From positions 2,604,001-2,668,000 of the forward strand of contig JBLDXI010000017.1 in the NCBI GenBank assembly GCA_047495785.1: a DNA stretch of 64,000 bases, given 5' to 3'. The first letter of the stretch is position 1, and each line of letters begins with the position of its first letter. The notes beneath the pieces were generated by a model that was given only the letters and a program-made list of their open reading frames with translations, searched no databases and was not told the DNA's origin. Below are positions 49,039 to 61,590 of this stretch, one piece after another. A program made the translations under genes and the position numbers. This DNA comes from Lepidodermella squamata (taxonomy: Eukaryota > Animalia > Gastrotricha).

Positions 49039-51293
49039 TTACGAATCCGCGTCCTGCTCCGCAAGCGCAGCCTGGAAAACGAAACAGGAAGAATTAGCTT
49101 CAATTAATCCATAAAATATGGGAAACCAACCTTGGCAAAAGCCTCAGCCTCATTCAAAACACTTTCAGGCACAAATTGATGACGCTCTTTTGTATCTATG
49201 AAGCACCAAATTCAGCGGATAGTTACAGAAATACACGTAATAAAATTACCACGAGTAACCCACGACATCTCGAGCAGGAAATGTTTGTCCTTGATATCGT
49301 CGTGGACCAGGTAGATGCTACAACGCAAAAAAGCGGTCAACAAAGCTCCTATTAGGTTATCGAATTGTAACTCACATTTTCGCCAGCTCCTTGGCAAGCT
49401 GCTCGCAGGTCATCTCTTTCAACTAACCGCAAAACAAAAATTAGAACGAGGAAGTTGAATTTAGCGATGAAACGCATACTTTGGGCAAAATCTTTTCCAA
49501 CTCAGTTTTCGCATTCTGCTTAGCTTTGCCGATAGCAACTGCGTGATAGCCCTGATATAAACAGAAGTCTACTACTTAAAATCATCAATTGACCCGTTGA
49601 TCTTACAAAGGAAGTTCCAGCCGGGTCGACGAGGAACAGATACGGCTGAGGCTCGGGCTTCTCGTGGCCGAGACCTCCGACGAGCAGGCTGCAGCCGAAA
49701 GGACGCAGGGCGCCGTACAGGGTGTAGGCGTGTGCGTACAGGGCCATGCGCTGGGACAAGTACTTGATCGGAATGTTCTGACCGTTCTCGTTGCGGTAGT
49801 TGGCCGCTTCGTCATGACCGATTTCAACGAGGTGCTTCGCGTCAGCCAACAAGCCGGCAACAGCCTGATTTTATTCAAAAATGAAAATCATCGATTCAAG
49901 TTTCTAAAACTTCTTCCTTAGTCTTTGAGAAATCAAATGCGTTTGGCATAGAGAATAGAGTTACCAGAGATGAAACTCCTATTGGAAACTAGAAGTTTTA
50001 ATTCTTTTGCCGATTTCGTAAAATTTCATTATGGCGGATCTTTTTGAAAGTCGCGCATGCATGTTTACATGTAAAAAATGGTGTTTTTCCACGCGCTATA
50101 CCCACTATCCCCCATCATGGAATTTTGATTTTATTATTTTAATCGAAGGGGATCGGTTTCATCTACAATATTTGTTTACATTATTTGTTTACCAAAGCCA
50201 CCGTTCAAAAATTATTCATGGGTTTCAGAAGCATTTTTTCGGGATTCTGTTATTGAATATGGCAAAGTGTAAAGGCTGAAATCAATGCTAAGTTGTTTTT
50301 CAAATTATTTAAAAGCAGCCTACAACATTTCTCAATTTTTTTCATACGAAGTGCGAACGCGTTTTCTCATGCGGAATGACGTCTGGAATGACCGCTGGGT
50401 GGTTTAGGTATAAAGCATGTAAACCAAAAAAATGCTTCTGAAACCCATGAATAATTTTTGAACGGTGGCTTTGGTAAACAAATAATTTCTATATGCTTAT
50501 AATTTGGACTCAGCTCTATCATTTCCACCAAAGAAAACGATAGTCCGATCAAGGATGCGGCCCTGGGGTCAAGCCGAAAACACCTATTTTTGAACCCCCA
50601 AAAAGTAACCTCCGGGAAAACCGCTATGGCGTCAAAACCGTGCATTTCCGTACGGATTCCTTTGAACTGGTTGTAGATGAAACCGATCCCCTTCGATTAA
50701 AATAATAAAATCAAAATTCCATGATGGGGGATAGTGGGTATAGCGCGTGGAAAAACACCATTTTTTACATGTAAACATGCATGCGCGACTTTCAAAAAGA
50801 TCCGCCATAATGAAATTTTACGAAATCGGCAAAAGAATTAAAACTTCTAGTTTCCAATAGGAGTTTCATCTCTGGTAACTCTATTCTCTATGAGGTACGC
50901 ATTTTGATCCGATAAAATCGAGACGAATCTCCTGATAAGTAATGGGACATACGCATCCGACGTGAGTGTCGATGCTGAAAATTCGGCGGTTTGAGTCAGG
51001 TTCGTACAGCTTCGATGTGATGATTTTTTCTACAGCGAACACAACACCGTCCTTGCAAACAGCAGCCACGGCGGTTCTGGTGAATGCCAAATTAAATAAT
51101 GATAATAAATTGCGTCAAGGCAGCAAACCCGCTGGCATCAACTGCTTTCTGAGCATATTCAACCTGGAAAACGCGACCGTCGGGCGAGAAATGACCAGCC
51201 GAGAGATCGTACTAGCAAAAATTAACACATCGATACATCGATAATTCGCAGCCCAATTTCAATAAAACATACGCCTGTACCAATGGAGCTCAT
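49039..51293 (-). CDS. PSMA3: Proteasome subunit alpha type-3 (alpha7)
   Basis: MSSIGTG|[30 protein letters not shown]...[33 protein letters not shown]. Confidence 0.96.
49947..50892. mobile_element. Non-autonomous DNA element with 222-bp TIRs and an inner ~60-bp inverted repeat, within a PSMA3 intron
   Basis: CATAGAGAATAGAG... 49947-50168 is the reverse complement of 50671-50892. Inner pair at about 50180-50239 and 50427-50486. Confidence 0.92.
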
Positions 51294-51490
51294 TTTTCCA
51301 ACCGAAAATGTTATAAAATGACCTAAAAATATGACAATTTTCAATTAAAAACTGTTTATTGCCGTAGCAAAAGCACCGATCACACGAAAAACACGTTATA
51401 GGTGCAGCAATTTCGGATTGTTAAATATTGAAATAAGCAAGCCAAGTCATGACCTAACAATAAATACTGGAAGACGAGATGGTGAAGGAA

Positions 51491-54400
51491 TCAACAGGCA
51501 GCAGAGAGAAAAGCAGTGTGGATTTGATTGAACTGGTTCAATGTCACATTCAGCGCCACTACCGACCGTTCGCCCTGCTTTGTTTTCGCCAAATCGACCT
51601 CGGCAAGGACGTCGCCGGCCGAAATTGGCTGGATTAGTTTAGGGAAGTGTTGTTCGACTTTGCTGGAAACAGCCAGCATTGACTCGTGTAACGATCGCAA
51701 CCTCAACGATCTTTGATTCAGAAGCCATTTTAGTTTATGAGCCGAAATAGTTTCATCAGCTTGGTGCTGATCGCTCCTCAGCGGCTGCGATAACTCTTGC
51801 ACCATCTTGGTCTGAAGCAATTGCACTTGTTTCGCGACATCAGCCGCACTCTCCGAACTACAGGCTGCTCCGTTCGAAGACGACCGAGTAGGCTTCCGCA
51901 GGGGTTTCAGCCCAGCAAAACGTTCCGTCGACAGTTTCATGCGAAGCTGATTGCGTTCAACTATCAAGCGTTGACACGCCGATTCGAGATCGGCGATGCG
52001 TGACTGAAGCATCGGCGAGTCTCGAACGACAGTGGCAGCAGATGATGAGACACTATCAAGACCAGGCGCATGTGTTTGGTGACTAGCAGTCGACGGTTGG
52101 GAGCTGTTCGACGAGTCGGCGGATGTTGTTGGCTGACTTGTGGCTTGGCCTGTAACAGACCGCCGAGACATCGCAACAACCTTTTCTTGCAGCTCCTGTC
52201 TCTCGGCCTGCAACTGGCCGATTTGCCGCTGGTATACATCGAGGGTCCTTTCCGCCTCGTTTTGTTGAGCAACCAATTGCACCTTCAACTCCTCGTATTT
52301 GCGTTGAGCCGCCTCGGCATCTCGACCTCCAGCTTCGATTCGCCGCTCAAGGAGACCGATTTTTGTATTCAGTTGATCGATTTCGTCCTGGGAGGCTCGG
52401 ATTTGCTTTTTGACCTCTTGCAATTCGAGATCACGAGCCTCCAACCGCTGACGAGATTGGCGGTTCTCATTCGCTTCTGCTCTTAAGGAGGCTGCGCGTT
52501 GTTGAATGGAAGTGGCTGGAGAAATTTGAGAAGTTGGAATATCGCCATCTGGTTCAAGGTACCCAGATAGAGTCTTTGTCGCCTCAGCCACGTCCAGAAG
52601 CTGGCGGCAGTGCTCAGCAATGCCCGCGTCTTCAGCCGCAAAAACTGCGTGGCAAGCCGCAGCCGCGCATTCGCTGAACGCCTCGACAGTCAACTGCCAG
52701 GGCGCAGAGGTCGGCGACAATTTCTTAGCGCCTTTCGCCTCTCCGCCGGTTCCGCTTGACGCATCGTTAGACGCGACCAGCCGAACTACGGCCGAACTGG
52801 TTTGGCGAAGCAAGTTGCAAATTCGAACAGCTAAATGACAAGCTGAAAGAGTTTTACTGCGAACACTCGCTTCTATCGCCAGCTTTTTGCCAGGCTCTAA
52901 ATTCGAGAATAGACGTGCTCCACGCCGCGACGCTTGCATCAGCGACTTGGCAGTTGCTTTCAAATCGATAACGGCTGCTATCGAAGGCACGATCAGCAAG
53001 TCGCTCGGAATTAGCGGGGCGATCTGGCTAGCAGCACTCAACGCCAGCTGTGCAGCAGTTTCGAATAGGCGGAAACTATCTGAAACAAGTTTTGAGTCGC
53101 CAAATGCAGCCAACTTTTCTGCTGGTACCGAGTTGAGCTGCGAATCAAAAATGCGACGCATTGCTTCCACCGGCTGACTGAGCGCTTCCAGGCTCGAAGT
53201 CTCATCTAACTGATTGGTTTTCAAACGATCAATAAACACGTCAATCGACTGCTCTTGACGCTGAACATCGCCGGAAAACGAACTAAGCAGCATTATAGCA
53301 TGATCTGGCTGCAACGAGTCGGTCAAGGCCAGCAATTGACCGGCGTGAAGACTCAATTCGGCGCAGGATAACGAGACCGCAGCCGCGAAATTCACCTGCT
53401 GCGACTCACTGTTATGTAGAATAACGTGGCGAGACCATTGCTCAGCGACAGGAGACCATTCGCCGAACCATTCAGCAACTTTATTTGCAATCATATTGGC
53501 CTTTTCTATCAGCCGCGAAATACTGACATAAGTTTGAACCGCATTCAGCTCATTCGATGACTTCGACTGCCAATTTTCTGGTAAGAATGGTTGCACCAAT
53601 TCGACATACCGTTTCATCGACGTTGTCTCGATTTTGGAAAGTTCAAATTGAACTTGATTAAGGCGGATTTGGTTATTGCTAGACCGCGTTGCTGCGCTGA
53701 TGGCAACAGGGGGAGCTGCCTCTACAACAGCCGGTTTCTCGCCAGAATTCTGAGCCATAGCTATTTGTTCCGCCAAATCAGCGTTTTCGAGCCGCAGCTG
53801 ATCTGCCTCTTGCCGCAAAGATGCGACTTGACGCTGGAAACGTGACACTAACATCTCAGCATCGGCTAATTGTTCGTTCGCGTGGTTCAATTTGGTCAGT
53901 AACTCTTGCCGGCTCGATTTTATCATATCAAGCTCTTCTTGAAGCTGAATTTCAACATGCCTTAACTCTTCTTGAAGCTGCTGGTCGACGTCTCGCAACT
54001 GCTCTAAATCGTTCCGTTCATCTTCAAGTGCATTCACTTGGTCTTCCAGTTCGATGTTTTTGCGAGTTAAATGCTCAACCATTTCGGTGGCGCCCATTGC
54101 GGCGTCTACCTGTTCGGTTAGTGCAAGGCGAGCTTCTTCCAAGTTTTGAATTTCATTCAGCAACTTTTCGCGCTCCTTCAAATTTTCGTCGATCATCTTC
54201 TCGCGCTGTTCTGCCGACTTTTCAAGAGCATCAATTCGCTCACGGTCGGCCTTATTCAAATCACGAAGGCGAATTACAGCCTCCTTCAACTTGGCGTTTT
54301 GTTCCTCGGACTGTTTCAGCTGGTAACCGAGAACTGCAGCATTGCTGCCTGTTGCGCCACCGGCAGCAGCGGGGCTTGACGCCATGGATGCCAAGTCCTC

Positions 54401-55687
54401 TTTCATAGAGTTGACTTGTTTCTCCAACTCGATAACCCTCTCGTTCAGTTCGGTGTTTTCTTGTTGCAGCAAATCGGCTCGCTCTTCTGCCATTTCTTTA
54501 TCGAGAGTCGCCATTTCAATAGTTTCAGCAGCGGTTGACATCTCCTCTTTGTACCTGAGCAAAATCAAAATTAATAATGCGAATAATTTAAATACTTCAG
54601 TTATTACTTCTCGAATGCCTCTTGAGTCTCTTTCAACTCATTTTTGGCTTTTTGGAGTTGGCGCTGAATCTCTGCATGCTCGATTTGCATTTTGTTTTTG
54701 AATTCCTAAACACCGAAAATTATCAATGATATTTCTTAGCCTTTCTTTCTTATCTTCAGTGCAAATGACTCACCGTTAGCTGCTGCAGCTGAATCAACTT
54801 TGCGCGGTCTTCATTGCGCTTTATCTTCAGTGTCTCTAGTTTTTCCTCCAGGTCGCGATTTTTGACCATCAGCTCTTCGATACTGGCTAGATTCGTTGTT
54901 GAACCCGATGAATCGAAAGCCTTTTTAGCGGCCATCCCAGACAAAGATGATGTCATTGATGGTGTTTTCGGCACCAAAATATCAGCAGGTGCGGCAGTAA
55001 TACTGTGTTTTCTTCTGTCAATGAAGTCGGCCGCACGATCTTCAAGGTCCTGAGCTTCGTACTCCGCCTTAGGCTTAGTAGGCAATGTTTGAGGTTTCAT
55101 AGGCATTACTTTTGCAACTGGCGTGCTAGTTCCTTCACTCTCTGAAATTAGAATGCTAATTAACAACATACGTGTCAACATTCATAAATATACCTGATGG
55201 TGGAGGTGGCTTTGGAATGCTGGGAATGCCAGAAGCTCTTGGGAGACCAGAGGGCGCGGGAATCGAACTCTCCACGTGGGGAGCAGCTATTTTTGATGTC
55301 GCGGGTATACTTGATGCAACAGGCGTTGCAGGTGCGGGTGTGGATGGTACATTTGAATCACTCAGTAACGCTAACTGTTTGAGATTAATTTTTTTAATAT
55401 TAAACTTGAAACACTTAATTTAGCTGACCTGTGTTTGTCTCACAAATATACCGTGGTTATCCTTGCAAGCGAAGTATTTCACGCCATTTACGCTGCCGTT
55501 GTTTTTACCTTTGGCTTCGTCAAGAACCACGCCTATCCACTTGCCTGAAACGAGCAACAGTATGATTTACCGGAATCAAACAGGCTCATAATTTACCTTC
55601 AGCAAATTCAGTATTGCCAACAAAAGCAACGGCTCCGAATATACCTTTTCCCACAACTTCAACTCTGTTACCGATCGAAAGTGACAT
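51491..55687 (-). CDS. DCTN1: Dynactin subunit 1 (p150Glued)
   Basis: N-terminal CAP-Gly ([19 protein letters not shown]), [28 protein letters not shown], and [16 protein letters not shown] coiled coil. Confidence 0.96.
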
Positions 55688-57285
55688 CACTCATAAAAAA
55701 TGATCGATCTAATTAAAGCAGATGAAATGAATAGATCAATCACATTCCCCATATTCACCACTCTCGACGAAAGCACATACGCAGACATGAAGCCGCTATA
55801 TATGACAAATAAATAGATCAAGAAGTTTGAATTGGAGTAGCACACCCTAGCCTCAAAGCTAGTAGCACTATGGAGGTCTGACTATCAATATATCACCATC
55901 ACCATATTCGGGAAATTGTGGTGCAACATCGAATAATTAATTTGGCATTAGGTTACATCCGCATAAAATCTGGTAACATATGTAATTTGGCAGTTCGATG
56001 GAGGCTTAGATGGCTAGTTCGGTAAGTTATTTCCCAGAGAAAGTAAGACCTGAAGACGGCTTTTGAAAAAGAGCGTCAGTGAAAAAATCTCTCAAAAAGA
56101 GAGGAGGCTGTGGAAATGAGGTGATTTGAGGTGTAGATCTCATGCTATCAAATTCAATCGGCCAGCAGATCGCACTATTCGCTGCTTTACCTCTCGCTAT
56201 ATCTCTTGTCCCTCCTTAATCTTGCAGAAGTGGGAAATAAATTGAGCTGGGAATCTAAACCGTAGCCCACGGTTTTGCAAGGAATACACTGGGTTACGAC
56301 CAGCGACCAGCTATCGCTTTAAGTTTAGCAATTCGCCCCTATGCACTTTTCGGCAAGGATCACAAGGCAAGATTTTACCGACTTGAGAGAAAGGGGAGCT
56401 ATTCAAAATCCAGTTGAGTATACTATAGTGTTGAGGGAAAAAATACTTTCAGCAGAAGAGAGATGACCGCAGGTCGCAGGTTGGTTCCCATCCGCCCAGG
56501 AGGCGTTCATAGTTCAGAATTGAGTTGAATTTTCTAGAAAACTGAAAACGCAAAACGGGTAACCAAAAGAAGTTGTGGGTAAGTTTGAACGGCGAGCGCT
56601 ATGAAGATTGACAATGCAAAATTCGTGAGAATTATGTGATTTAGGCAGAGCGCAGATCGCAGAGCTTTCATCAGGAGTTCACTGACAGTTGTTTACTGAG
56701 TAACTTTGGTTTTTCGGTGTTCGGGGGATCTTATCGCGACGATAGTTTGCTTCATATGCGTTAAGCGCAATACCTTAGATCACTGAGATGCGGGATGGTT
56801 CAATGTTCTTGTCTTGTGAGTTAGCAACGCCAAACAGCGACGTAAGAATCGCCGCGTCTGGCGATCCCTTTTCTGCGGATCTCACAGATCCTCCATTTTT
56901 TAGTTATTTGCTTTTCACAGTATTTTAATAGAAATTCTTTCAAATGACTTTAAAACTTTAAATGCTCGTATCATAGAGCCTGGTGTATGAGTTATCCAAG
57001 AAAATAAAATCAAGGCCCACGTGACCAAGAGCCGCCAAAAATCTCCAGCAGCCAAATCCTAGGCAAAACGATCGCTGAAAATCGCTGACGAAATCGATAG
57101 ACTTGGGACTTGGCAAAGCGAATCTTACTTACCTAACGCGTTCCTACCGGCGACATGGAGCGACTCTTGGGTTTAAATATCCAATTAGCATTCAAATTTG
57201 GCCCGAAAACTTCAGGCCTTTACTGCTTAATCTATAACTAAGCAGCGGCTGTTTACTAAGCAACGTGTTTACGATGTTAACCGAA

Positions 57286-58105
57286 TCAATGCCTGACACT
57301 TCCTGGTGCTCTTGAACCAGCTTTGCCACTGCCGGAACGACCAGCAAGACTCGCCTTAGGAATCTCAGCCGTAAGGGGACCAAGCCTGTCTAGGTATAGC
57401 GCATTCATACCGATTGTCTTTTCGAACTGTTCGCGCCGGCTGATGCCAACAATGCATCTGAGTGCGTCATGCTCAATGATGTAGAGCTTTTCCAGCTGCG
57501 TCTCACTGGCGTTGAGGAAGCACATACACACATATTCCAAAATCGGACGAATCAAAGTTATGTAGAGCCACACCATGTCGGTCGAGAAGGTTACCCCAAG
57601 ATAACGTGCCTCATCGACAACCGGCAGTTCGGTTTGACCAAGAAATAGCAGGTCTGTCCCACGTACCGAAACACAGCACCTGACATTTGGGAGGGCTCAG
57701 AGGCAGCTTCCACAGTCGACTCCACATACCCACCATGCGTAGCGATCTTTGCAGCTTTGTAATCGCCACGTCTTGCGCAACCTCGCAGGCGTACAGTGTT
57801 ACATCGTCGGCGAACGAGGCTGGACTCGCATCCATAAGGCCAATTGTCTCTTTTATCAGGTCAGCCGTGAAAAAACAGAACAGGGTAGGGCTTAGCGGCG
57901 AGCCTTGCGGCACCCCAGCACCAATTGGCGTTTCATCACTCAGGCTGTCACCAACTCGGACTCGAAAGTTTCTCTCAAATAAAAACGATGAGATCCACCT
58001 TACCCACTCCCTGGGTATCTCCTCACATTTTTGTAGCTTATACATCAGGCTGAAATGATCAGCGGCATTGAATGCGCCTTCAAAGTCCAACAGTGCAACT
58101 AAAAG
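57286..58105 (-). mobile_element. Truncated, disrupted non-LTR (LINE, I/Jockey-like) reverse transcriptase fragment
   Basis: LDFEGAFN, WISSFL..R.FRV, GVPQGSPLSP.LF, FADD, then a frameshift to YLGVTF and LY..LIRPILEY. No endonuclease or ORF1. Confidence 0.9.
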
Positions 58106-58295
58106 GACTTCCTTTTCAGCCTTGCCTTGGAAGCCAATTGCGACAGCGTGAACGTGTGATCATTGGTAGAGCGAAGTCTTCGGAAACCACTTTGGTGAAT
58201 ATGGGTGACAGAATCAGAATTGTTTTCAGTTCTGGTGTAAAATGGATTGCCAGGAATGATGTTTCCAGGGATGTCTTGTGTCTTGGATTTAAAAA

Positions 58296-61200
58296 ATGGA
58301 TTTATTATATCTTAGAATTCTTTTCTTATTTTCAATGGATAAATTCCTTGAATTCATCAATGCCCCGTCCGTTGATTCAGTTGAAAACTTTTTGAGTGTC
58401 ATTCAAGCTAAAGCAAAGGAGATTGCTGTGAGGTCTGTCAGCTTTCGAGATATTTTCTTATTATTAAAACTGAAATATTAACGATTCAAGCGTTCAACCG
58501 AAAGCAGTGCTCCATTATGCCGCCGAATGTGTTCATGAGTTCGTAGAATTGAACTGGTCTTCTCCTGTTCGTTCAGCAGCGGAAGAAGTAAGATTGCATT
58601 TCTCTCATTATTTCTCGGAAACGGAGTTGATATTCGTGGTTGTAGATCTCTCAAACTTTCGGAGTTGATGGGTGCTATTTGCCTCCGTTCGTGAAATCAC
58701 CCCAGCTTTTGCTTGTCGCGCGAGCAATATTTGATGCATTTGATGAATCTGTCAATGAAGCCCCGGTAAGTCGATATTCTGGTTATTAGAGCTGTATTTA
58801 TCGTTTTTTTTCTACAGGATCTTATCTGGGCTCGCATTAGAGCTGTTGCTTTGTATCAATTTATCTTAGATGAACCCTCTCATTCATTACGAGCTGAGTT
58901 GGAAAAACTTATCTCATTTGGTGAGAAACAAATATTCGAATAAATAGCTTGCAAACAAAAAACTTTAAATATTTTCAGCTGACGTGAATATTAGGTTCCA
59001 ATCCTTCTTGAGGTCACACAAGTAAGTTATAATGTGATTTCGCTTTCTAAATTCTTAACTTCTAAATGTTTCCATTTAGCATGGAGATGCTGTTTTACGT
59101 CGAATGTTACAACTATCTCCGGATCTGTAATTCTCGTCAGAAGGCACATGAATATCTCGATAGAGCGACTGACCTGTCCGGACTAAAAATAACTTTTGCT
59201 TGTGAGTTAATAATTTTTCTATGCTTAAGCTGCATATTTTTACTTATTATTCAGCTGCTTTGGGTAAACGGACTCATTACCAAAACGAACCCATAGCACA
59301 GCTTTACGTCAACATCGAAGCTGCCCAAGGAGCATCAGATAGCTCAATGCGCGAGAGCAAGCTTTCTTTTGAAGCAGTAGATCCATCACTATTGCCATCC
59401 GTAATTGATTGATCCGTAATTATACGACTCCTTGGTATAAGTCAATATGCTTTAGAACCTGACGATCGAAGACGACACGTACTTGAACGATGTCAAGTTC
59501 GAGAATGCCGAAGTCAATGACACCAGATTTGTCGGAAATCTGACTTCGGCGGATCAAGTCCTGATTTTAGCCAAATGGTTCATTTACAAAGCTCTTAACC
59601 TTGATATATTTTAAAACGAGTGCATTTAGTGTACATTATGCTGAAAGTTTGCCGAAGGAAGATAGCTTCTTGAAAGAAGAAATTGCCGCCTTTCTGCGAG
59701 TTGTACTGAAAAACCCCATCGACTGGGGCATCCAGTATCATGCGCTGTATCTTCGTAGCCAATGGGAGCAAATGGGCTCAGCGTCCCGCAAGCTAGATCG
59801 ATCTATGAGGCAGTTGGACGTAAGTATTGAAATCTTGACGATTTCACCTGTTGAATTGGAGTCTTATTAGCACTTGTCGTCGGACGATGCTTACAAATTT
59901 TTCCATAAATTGAACGAGAAAAACGGCGGAGCTCAATCAGATGCGATTGAAAAGTTGGAACACAAATTCAAAGTCTTCCAGAATTTTTTCGCCGCCCTTC
60001 CGCCTGCGCCTTGGACTGTTCAGCGGACTCTGGGCGATCTGCTCAATCGCCTCGGCTGTGTTGCCAGTGCACTAGACATATACGAGCGGTTGCATTCATG
60101 GACGGACGTGATCACGGCATACACGCGCCTCGATCGTCGTGAGAAGGCGGAAAATTTAATTCTAGCTCAGCTCGCGAAAAAGCGCACCCCGGAAATGCTA
60201 GTCTACCTTGGCGACTGTTGCGGCGAGGCGAGTCATTACGAGGAGGCGTGGACGCTCTCGAACGGCCGTTGCTCTAAAGCTCAGCGAAATCTAGGCTTCC
60301 TGCTAGCTCAGAAGAAGGAATTTGCTAAAGCTGCAGAGTGTTTTGAGAAATGTCTAGCCATCAACAGCATTCAAAATGCTGTCTGGTTCGCTTACGGCTG
60401 CGTAGGATTTGCTCTTAACAACTTTGAAATGGCTGCGAATGCTTTCTTCAAATGCACTCAACTTGACAACGATGTGGGTTATTCTTAATTTTTTTGAAAG
60501 CTTCGAAAGTGTTAGTATTTTTAATTAGAACGGAGAGGCTTGGAGCAACTTGGCGACTTCTTACATTAAGCTGAACCAAAAAACGCGCGCCGTTGTGATT
60601 TTACAAGAAGCGCTGCGCTGCCAGTACGACAATTGGCGCCTGTGGGAGAATTATCTGCTGATGACAATTGACTGTGGCGTGTTTGACGAAACTATCCGCG
60701 CCGTTCACCGCCTTATCGACCTGCGTGACAAATTCACCGATCCCGAGGTGCTGCAAATTTTGAGCGATGCTGTCTGCAAGGATATCAAAGACGCATCAGG
60801 CGAGCCATCGTCGAAGCATCGCGGCAAACTGCTCGAGCTTATGGGTCGAATTCTTGCGACTTCATCGCCCGGTGCCAAAATTTCTCGATGCCACGCTGAC
60901 GTGATCTTATCCGGCGAAGATCTGAAGCCGGAAGATGTCCACAGGGTAAGTTTCGATAGAATGATTGAAAATAATGCGATATAATGAATACCGACGTTCA
61001 GGCGATCTCAAGTTTGCAAAGAGCTGTGCGAACACACCTTCAAGCCCCGAGTTCGACTTGGCTTGAAAATGATTTCGAACACTTGAAGGGTGTTTTAGAG
61101 GACTCATTGAGGCTACACGAAGCTTTCACGAGATATTCTGCTGTTCCCGGCGCCGGCGAGGTCGATTCGCTGAAAACTTCGCTGAAATATATGATCGCGC

Positions 61201-61322
61201 AGGTGATCACGCGTGTTGCGACAACAACTCGCGATTTGGAAGTCGATGACGACAATCGTGCTGCCTTGGAGGACATTTCGAAGCTGTCGAAGGAGCTAGA
61301 TGACGTGTCTAAGACATATTAG
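58296..61322 (+). CDS. TTC27: Tetratricopeptide repeat protein 27 (multi-exon; start uncertain)
   Basis: FVELNWS.P, ALGKRT.YQ...AQL, LGC..SAL.IYERL..W, YEEAW.LS, WFAYGC, EAWSNLA, NWRLWENY. Confidence 0.88.
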
Positions 61323-61590
61323 TTGGATGCTTATTTGCAATAAATTTGCTCATATGTGCCATTCTTAAAAGTGGAATAAATTTAATTTGCAGAATAAAAC
61401 GTTGATATTTTGGATGATTCGAAAATCAAATTTCGGTCAGGTAAATATTTTTTAGAAAAATAACGTTGTCGAGTGTAGATATGACCTTAAAAAACCTTAT
61501 TCGTTTCATCAAAGGACTGATCGCGACTATTTTTATTGTAAAACAGTGAGGTCATGAGAAAGACAAGAGATCACAAGCAACAACTCAAAA

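Noticed and set aside
51528-55423. Plus-strand ORFs overlapping DCTN1
   Set aside because: Antisense shadows of a long coding exon.
56050-56086. Hammerhead ribozyme core (CTGAAGA...GAAA)
   Set aside because: Stems I-III could not be formed convincingly.
57126-57140. U1 snRNA (ACTTACCT)
   Set aside because: No downstream U1 sequence or structure follows. It is better read as a minus-strand donor.
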